This document shows positions 57,501 to 64,000 of a stretch of DNA of 64,000 bases, one piece after another. The notes beneath the pieces are model-generated. The model did not search any database, was not told the origin of the DNA, and saw only the letters and a program-made list of their open reading frames with translations. This DNA is from Felis catus (taxonomy: Eukaryota): assembly GCF_018350175.1 (NCBI RefSeq), contig NC_058368.1, positions 63,242,001-63,306,000 of the forward strand, in the 5' to 3' direction. The position numbers and the translations under genes were made by a program. Within the stretch, counting starts at the first letter, position 1; each line of letters starts with the position of its first letter.

Positions 57501-59789
57501 AATATAATTCATGTTTAATATTTATTTTCTTCATTTATTGCTACTGCTACAAATAACAATGAAGTAAATTATGTTTTTCATTTTCCTTGAAAAATTTTTA
57601 GAAAAAGTTATTTAGTATTGGAACATGGAATTATGGCTCTTTTCTCTGAGTGCTTTTATCTAACATAAGAAATACAAAGATGCACAAATGAGTTGATTAT
57701 CTTGGTACCCATTTTAGCAAGCTGGTTTCATTATTAGTGAATTCATTATCATAGAGGAGTTTCGAAAGAAAAATTAAGGTATTTGAAGGTCACTTAATTA
57801 GATAAATGGATCTTGGTAATTAGACTTTTTGGGAAGATAATGTATTTGTCAGATGTATTTAGTCAAGTTTATTTAATAAATACCCCAGGATGTTAGTTCC
57901 TCTTGTATTTAATTGTAATGGGTTTCTATACATATCCTGAGGATATTAGGGAATTTCCTGTTCTGTTAATGGGCTGCTCCAAATTTTCTCTTAGTTTCAG
58001 ACATGACAGAGATCTCATCCCAGCGTTAATGACTATTTAAAGAATATTGACTGGAGTAGGTGATTAGCAACAGGAAATAGGGTTTATGTAATTGAAATTT
58101 ATCTTGAACCAAAGGAGACAGAGAAGGCGGGGAGAGAGGAAGGGCTGCAAGGTCTAACAGTTTCTTACTTGCCATTGGATATTGAAGACTGGAAAAGAAT
58201 ACCTTTGTCTTAAATCAGTGTTACTATCTGGCTCATTTGAATCTCCCTTTTAATCTACAGAAGGGCTATATGTATGTATATATACACATACACACATATA
58301 GTAACTCATGTAGGCAAGACAATTTCACTTTGTATTCAAATGAGCCATTCGCCATAAACCAATAAAAGTTCCGAAATTTATAAAATGGAAAGAATGTGTT
58401 AGTGTTGTCACCAAGCAATCAGTAACACATAATCACGTGTGGCACTTTTTAGAGGAACATCAATTGTCTAAAAACATGCAAAACAAACATGTTTTGTTTG
58501 GTGTTTAAATGCACATATTTATAAAGTCAAATTGCAGAACTAAACTTTGACCCATGTAGTGACAATAAAGAATTTACATGATCTAAAAAGGGAAAAGAAG
58601 AAAGATGCTAATAAGGTTTATTATTGTAAGTGTAGATGGTTACATGTTGAGAATAAATTTCCACTAGAAGAATCAAGTCAAATCAAATTCAGGATAATAC
58701 AGTGTATGAAAAATTACCTGGTATACTTTCAAGTCTTCACAAATGTGAATTAAATGTCTCAAATCTTGTTGAGGTTCAAGCTGGCACATATAAACAGGCG
58801 AAGTAATATATGAGGAACCATCATTACTTTTATTTCTCAAACTTAATCAGACTAATTCTTTAATGATCAATTTGATAAGGCGAGGGTGGGATACAAAATT
58901 TCTACAGCAATTGAAGTAATAAAAAGAGCAATTCAAGTGTTTTTCTTATGTGCTGCCATTGATATAATTTGCAGGAAAAGTGCAGGCTAAAAGACCTGTA
59001 GCAGAATTCTCCCAGCAAAATGCAGCAGTGGGGGTGGCAGATGGCAGGTAACCTGGAGTAACGGGAAAAGTAGAAGCTCAGGCATAGGTCAGACCTGTTT
59101 GCATCCACTTCCCCCATTTATAGGGCATGACTCCGGGTAAATCATTTAATTTAGTATAACCTCAGTTTCTTAATCTCTGTAGTCTCTGAAGTGATGATGA
59201 TAATGCACGTCGCAGGAAGGATAATGAGACAAAGACCTGAGCATTTGTACAAAAATGATTACACAATTCCTGACACATAATAGACAATTTTTTTTTTAGA
59301 ATATGATATTCCTTTTCCAACTAAATGAAACATGAAGGGCTTATTCTTATAATACAATTGGAAAACTACAAAACCAAAGTGACATTGTGGCAAGCAGAGA
59401 ATATAAATTAGCATTTATTCTTTTGCTAATAATAAAAGTTGAAACATTTTAAACTCCAAGTTTACTTCTATATAATGGAGGCATGGTATATTTCTATATA
59501 ATCATCCACTGATGATAAGGTTAATATTATATATTATCATTCAATTTGGTTAATAAACTAGCCAGAATCCAGGCTCTGTCTTCTGTTTTGATTTAAATGT
59601 CAGAATATGAGTTATGTTTTTCAATAATGTTGTGCATTTAATCCATCTTAAATCACCAAAAATGCAGTTGCTGGAAATTATGCCTTGAAAGACCTGTACT
59701 TTCTCACCTTTAATTTATCATATAGTAGCACTCTTTTTTTCCCCCATATTTCTGTATGTCTACATGTCTTACCAAGACTCTGGAAAATG

Positions 59790-60330
59790 TATTAGGCACA
59801 GGCAATATGCTTCCATGTAGATCATGAATTTTTAATATAGGTATCTACAGCTCTAAATTTCCTTCTAAACACTGCTTTACCTACAGCTGCATGCACACAT
59901 TTTGTATGTGTATCTTCATTTCTACTTACTTCAAAGTATTTTCTAATTTCTCTTTTGATTTCCTCTTTGACCCAAAGGTTATTTATGAGTGTGTTGTTTA
60001 ATTTTTACATATTTGTGAACTTTCCTAATCTTCTTATTGGTTTATATCTAACTTCATTTTAATGTAGTCAGAGAACATACACTGTATGATTTAAATCCTT
60101 TTAAATTTATTGACATTTATTACATGGCCTACCATGTGTCCTATCCTGGACAATGTTCTACATGTACTCAAGAAGAATGTGGATTCTACCATTGTTGGGT
60201 AGAGCATTCTATACACATCTCTGAGATCTAGTTGGTTCATAGTGATGTTCAAGTCCTCTGTTTCCTTGTTGATCTTCTGCCTGGTTGTTCCATTACTTAA
60301 AGTTGGGTATTGCAGTCTACAGTCATTACT
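59790..60330 (-). mobile_element. Old L1 (EN region)
   Basis: reverse peptide TRQKINKETEDLN..QLDLRDVYRMLYP..STFF..LSRIGHM.GH. Confidence 0.85.
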
Positions 60331-60999
60331 TTTGACTTTTGGCTTGGCTGCCCATCCATCCGTCTTTGACTTTGAACCATCTGTCATACTCCTACACTCC
60401 ACATGATTATAGTAATGGGGCTTCAAGTGGCCATGTTTGTACAATGTTCCTAGGTCCCACTCATAACCCACAGATTGAGAGAGGTCAGGAGTGAGCACCC
60501 AAACCCAAACTGATTCTATCAATTATCCCCATTTCCTAAGGAAATTAGGAAGTGGACCAGGAACTTGCCTACATTATTTTCCATGGAACAAATAATGGCT
60601 TATACAAGGAATGGGAAGCTGAGGAAGACTGACTTAAAGCAGATGTTCAAACAGACAAAGGAAAGAAGAAACACGTGTACGCAAAAGATTTCCCCGGTCA
60701 TCTTTTGGCCCTCTATTCACCTCTATCTGTTGTTCTTAAGGTCTGACCATAACTCTGACCTTGAGTCATTGAAACACCTCAGCAACATCAAAATGCATGT
60801 CCCATTTTTTTCTTACTCTAGCCTCAAGAAGTTTCTATTTATTTCTACCAGAAAATATCAATAAATATACATTGGAAATATTCCTATTGTAGTAATGAAC
60901 AGTTTAGTTGATAAAATAAAATTTAGGCTGAATTGAAGATATCACCTAAAACTGGCATTCCCAAAAGAATGCCAGTTGTAGAAAATGGAAGAAATTCCT

Positions 61000-61520
61000 T
61001 TAATAAAACATTTCCAGCAAGAGATTTAAATCTAGAAAGTTAGCATAAAAAAATCAGGGATAAAGACAAAAAGATATATGTACAAGTAGACCATGGTCAC
61101 ATTATTTTTAGTAGCAAAAAACGTCAAAAAATTAGAAATTACATGTTCAAAATTGTGGAACTCATTAAGTATTATAAATTACTTCACATTCATATAAAAA
61201 TATCTATACTATAATAAATTTGTGCAGATCTATCTACCAAAATATGGGAGAGTTTCTGTAAGTTATTAAAGAAAGAATCCAAATAATTTTGTAAATAATC
61301 TCACTTTTACAAATAAGTCTATAGTCATGTATGTGCATGTATGTGTGTGTGTGAACTAAAAAATATTGCATGGATGTATGGCAGTGTATTAACAGTTATT
61401 AATCCGTGGTCTGTGGGATAAAGGTAAATTTTTGCTATATTTTAATTGATAGTTTACATTACTTATAATAAGCATATATTATGTAATTATAAGAAATAAG
61501 GCTATTTTCAATTTAAGGAG
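61000..61520 (+). mobile_element. L1ME-type 3' remnant
   Basis: aagatatatgtacaag...attatttttagtagcaaaaaa; ttaacagttatt. Confidence 0.45.
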
Positions 61521-61929
61521 AAAAAAGAATGAAATGTACATTACCAGAGAAAATTTTTATGTTGAAGAAAAGGCCAGAGGAACTCAAGCATTAAAAGATA
61601 AATATAAAGTAGAGTCAGAGACCAAATCTTGGGACACAGAGAAAAGGCTTAATTTCCAGGTAGTGTGAAAGAACTCCTGAGGATTAGGTTTTGTTTCTCT
61701 TTTATTAACTCTAGAAAGGTAAGTAGGTCATTCCAGCAAGGAGTAGAAAGAGAAGATCAAGTTCGATGAATAGATTTTTATCCTAAATATCTTGAAGAAA
61801 AGCTTTAGATTATCTTACTGGGATAAAAATTGATAGGAATGCTGGTAATATGGGCTTGGGCAATTTGAGTTTAAATTGCTTTAAATTAATGTAACAACTC
61901 ATCTTTTACTGTACAGATCTTCCATTTGC

Positions 61930-62870
61930 CCCTGTGTGTTTCCTCTGCCCCATCTCAACTCTGCTCAGCTCTGTGAGTTCCAACTGGAACCAAAGCAAGA
62001 GCATCTGCTCTGTCTCCTTGTTTGGCTGATGGGAGCCAAGGAAAGGAGAGTGGGCAGCAGTGAGACAGAGTACCAGTTCTGTGGGCAGGCCTTCCTGCCC
62101 ACGAAGGCAGAAGAACAGAGCTTCTCTTTCCACCGCATTTCTGTGTTCTTTCACTTCATGCCTTCAAGCCAAGGGATGGAAATACACCCTCTGCCAATAC
62201 TGCCCTCATCTTCAGGGAGTCTATGCTCACTTCCCCCACTTCCATAAATAGTCCCTTTATTAAACTCCTCAAATCACTGGATGTGGTATGTCGTTTGTTT
62301 CCTGCAGGACCCACACTAATACAAACACTTCTCTGTAAAACAGATTAGCAAGCTCTACCCCTTTATTCTTTATAGGAAACTACTTCATTAGATAATGTTT
62401 CATCAGCTTTATGGTTGCTTGTGGAATGTAAATGGTCTTACAACAGACCTTATCAGCTCTCTGTCCCTATCTCGTACATCTTTTTGCTGGTTTCCTTCAT
62501 TTTCAGTCCCTAAACTTGTACCTGTTCCCTCCAGTGGCCAGATGGAAGTGCCTAGAAATTTACATACCTCTACTTCTACCCAGCAGCTACTAATTAATGA
62601 CTTGTGATGTGCTTGTATAAATACTTCGGCTCCCTCTTTCCAGATAGGAGACAAATCTGTAGTGTGACCTATCCTGTCTCCAGATATACCTTGCTGGATT
62701 GAGCCATGGGAATTATCTTGATATTGCAAATTTGCTTGAATTCCTCCCCACCCCTCCCCATTCTCCCCTTCCTTGTTCCCACTCATCTATGTGTTTTTTC
62801 TGGATACATTTCCTAATAAACCACTTTCACCTAAATCCTCATCTCAGGGTCTTCTTCAGGGGACTCTAAG
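61930..62870. mobile_element. Old ERVL-type LTR remnants
   Basis: LTR-like ends ccctttattaaactcc...tttcctgcaggacc and cctaataaaccactttcacctaaatcctcatctcagggtc. Confidence 0.5.
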
Positions 62871-62904
62871 TCAGAAAATAAATGTTTAAAAATATAAAAT
62901 GATA

Positions 62905-63226
62905 GGGACACCTGGGTGGCTCTGTTGGTTGAGCATCCGACTCCTGATTTCGGCTCAGGTCATGATCCCAGGGTGATGGGATTGAGCCCTGTGTCAGGCT
63001 CCACTCTGGGCATGGAGTCTGCCTGAGATTCTCTTTGTCTCTCTCCCTCTGCTCCTGTCCCCTGCTTGTTCAGGGGATTCTCTCTCTAAAATTTAAAAAT
63101 GAAAGAGAAAGAGAAAGGAAGGAAGGAAGGAAGGAAGGAAGGAAGGAAGGAAGGAAGGAAGGAAGGAAGGAAGGAAAAGGAAGGAAGGAAGGAAGGAAGG
63201 AAGGAAGGAAGGAAGGAAGGAAGGAA

Positions 63227-63296
<70 letters not shown>

Positions 63297-63298
63297 AA
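62905..63298 (+). mobile_element. Can-SINE whose tail became a (GGAA)n(GAAA)n compound tetranucleotide repeat (63100-63298)
   Basis: SINE head gggacacctgggtggctc; ~200-bp pure purine tract. Confidence 0.93.
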
Positions 63299-64000
63299 TC
63301 CTTTATAACCATTGAAGGCCAATGGACATGTGTTTGAAAGACATCCCTAATCAGGGATGTTTGTTTTTTAATCGATAGTGGTACAAAATAATTATTAGCA
63401 TTGACAGAATTTTCTAAAAAGCAATACACAGGAGAGAATTGATTCACTTTCTCTGACATCTTTTTAATGTTGAGACATTAAATCCTAAAAGCAGGAGCTT
63501 TGATGAGATCATGTTATCCCTTACCTGTGGATGTGTCACTATAAAGAGTAAAGATAAAGCATTTGCTGTCTTTTCATAATTCCACAGGGCTGGGAAGAAA
63601 GTCATAGATGCTCAGTGAACTAGTTACTGTTGGAAAGGTCTCCTGGTCCCTTTTTCCCATACTAGGGCCTCCTGACTCATCTTTATCCTCTCCAGGGGAG
63701 AACAGGCATGTTTGTAAAACCAGAGTAACAGAGGGAGAAGAGACTAACAAGACACAGTTCATGATTCTCCTATTTCAGCCTTTACTTTGATAAGTAAGGG
63801 CATCAAATCCCAAGAGTGAAAGTGGTTTACATGGAACTATTCAGCTGGTTCGTGAAAGGGTGGGGACTTAGTCCCATGTCTCCAAAGTTCTAGTTAAGTG
63901 CATGTCCATTGCTGATACCATCTATCCACTTTTAAAATTACATAAGTATTCTCCAAGATTCTGAGAGAGATACAGATTTTATCTTTCACCACCTTTTGAT

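Noticed and set aside
63035..63459. KEGR/FLPS repeat ORFs
   Set aside because: Microsatellite translation artefacts.

Overview
AT-rich mammalian genomic DNA, almost certainly felid, judged from young SINEC_Fc-type Can-SINEs and a feline-type L1 3' end. It looks intergenic or deep-intronic, and I found no intact, recognisable protein-coding gene. Most of the window is repeat: about 25 Can-SINEs, L1/L2/MIR, MaLR/ERV LTRs, hAT MERs and microsatellites. Two regions stand out. (1) At ~8.5-10.4 kb, a decayed 5'-truncated RPSA retrocopy directly abuts a MAPK1IP1L retrocopy, with a solo LTR just beyond. The RPSA part is unexpectedly CpG-dense, has a perfect NRF1 palindrome and has splice donors at both edges, so it may be a pseudogene turned promoter. 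(2) At 25.5-27.3 kb, a young L1 carries a ~230-bp 3' transduction inside a perfect 17-bp TSD. All identifications are by eye and from recalled sequences; no searches were run. Old-repeat boundaries and subfamilies are approximate.
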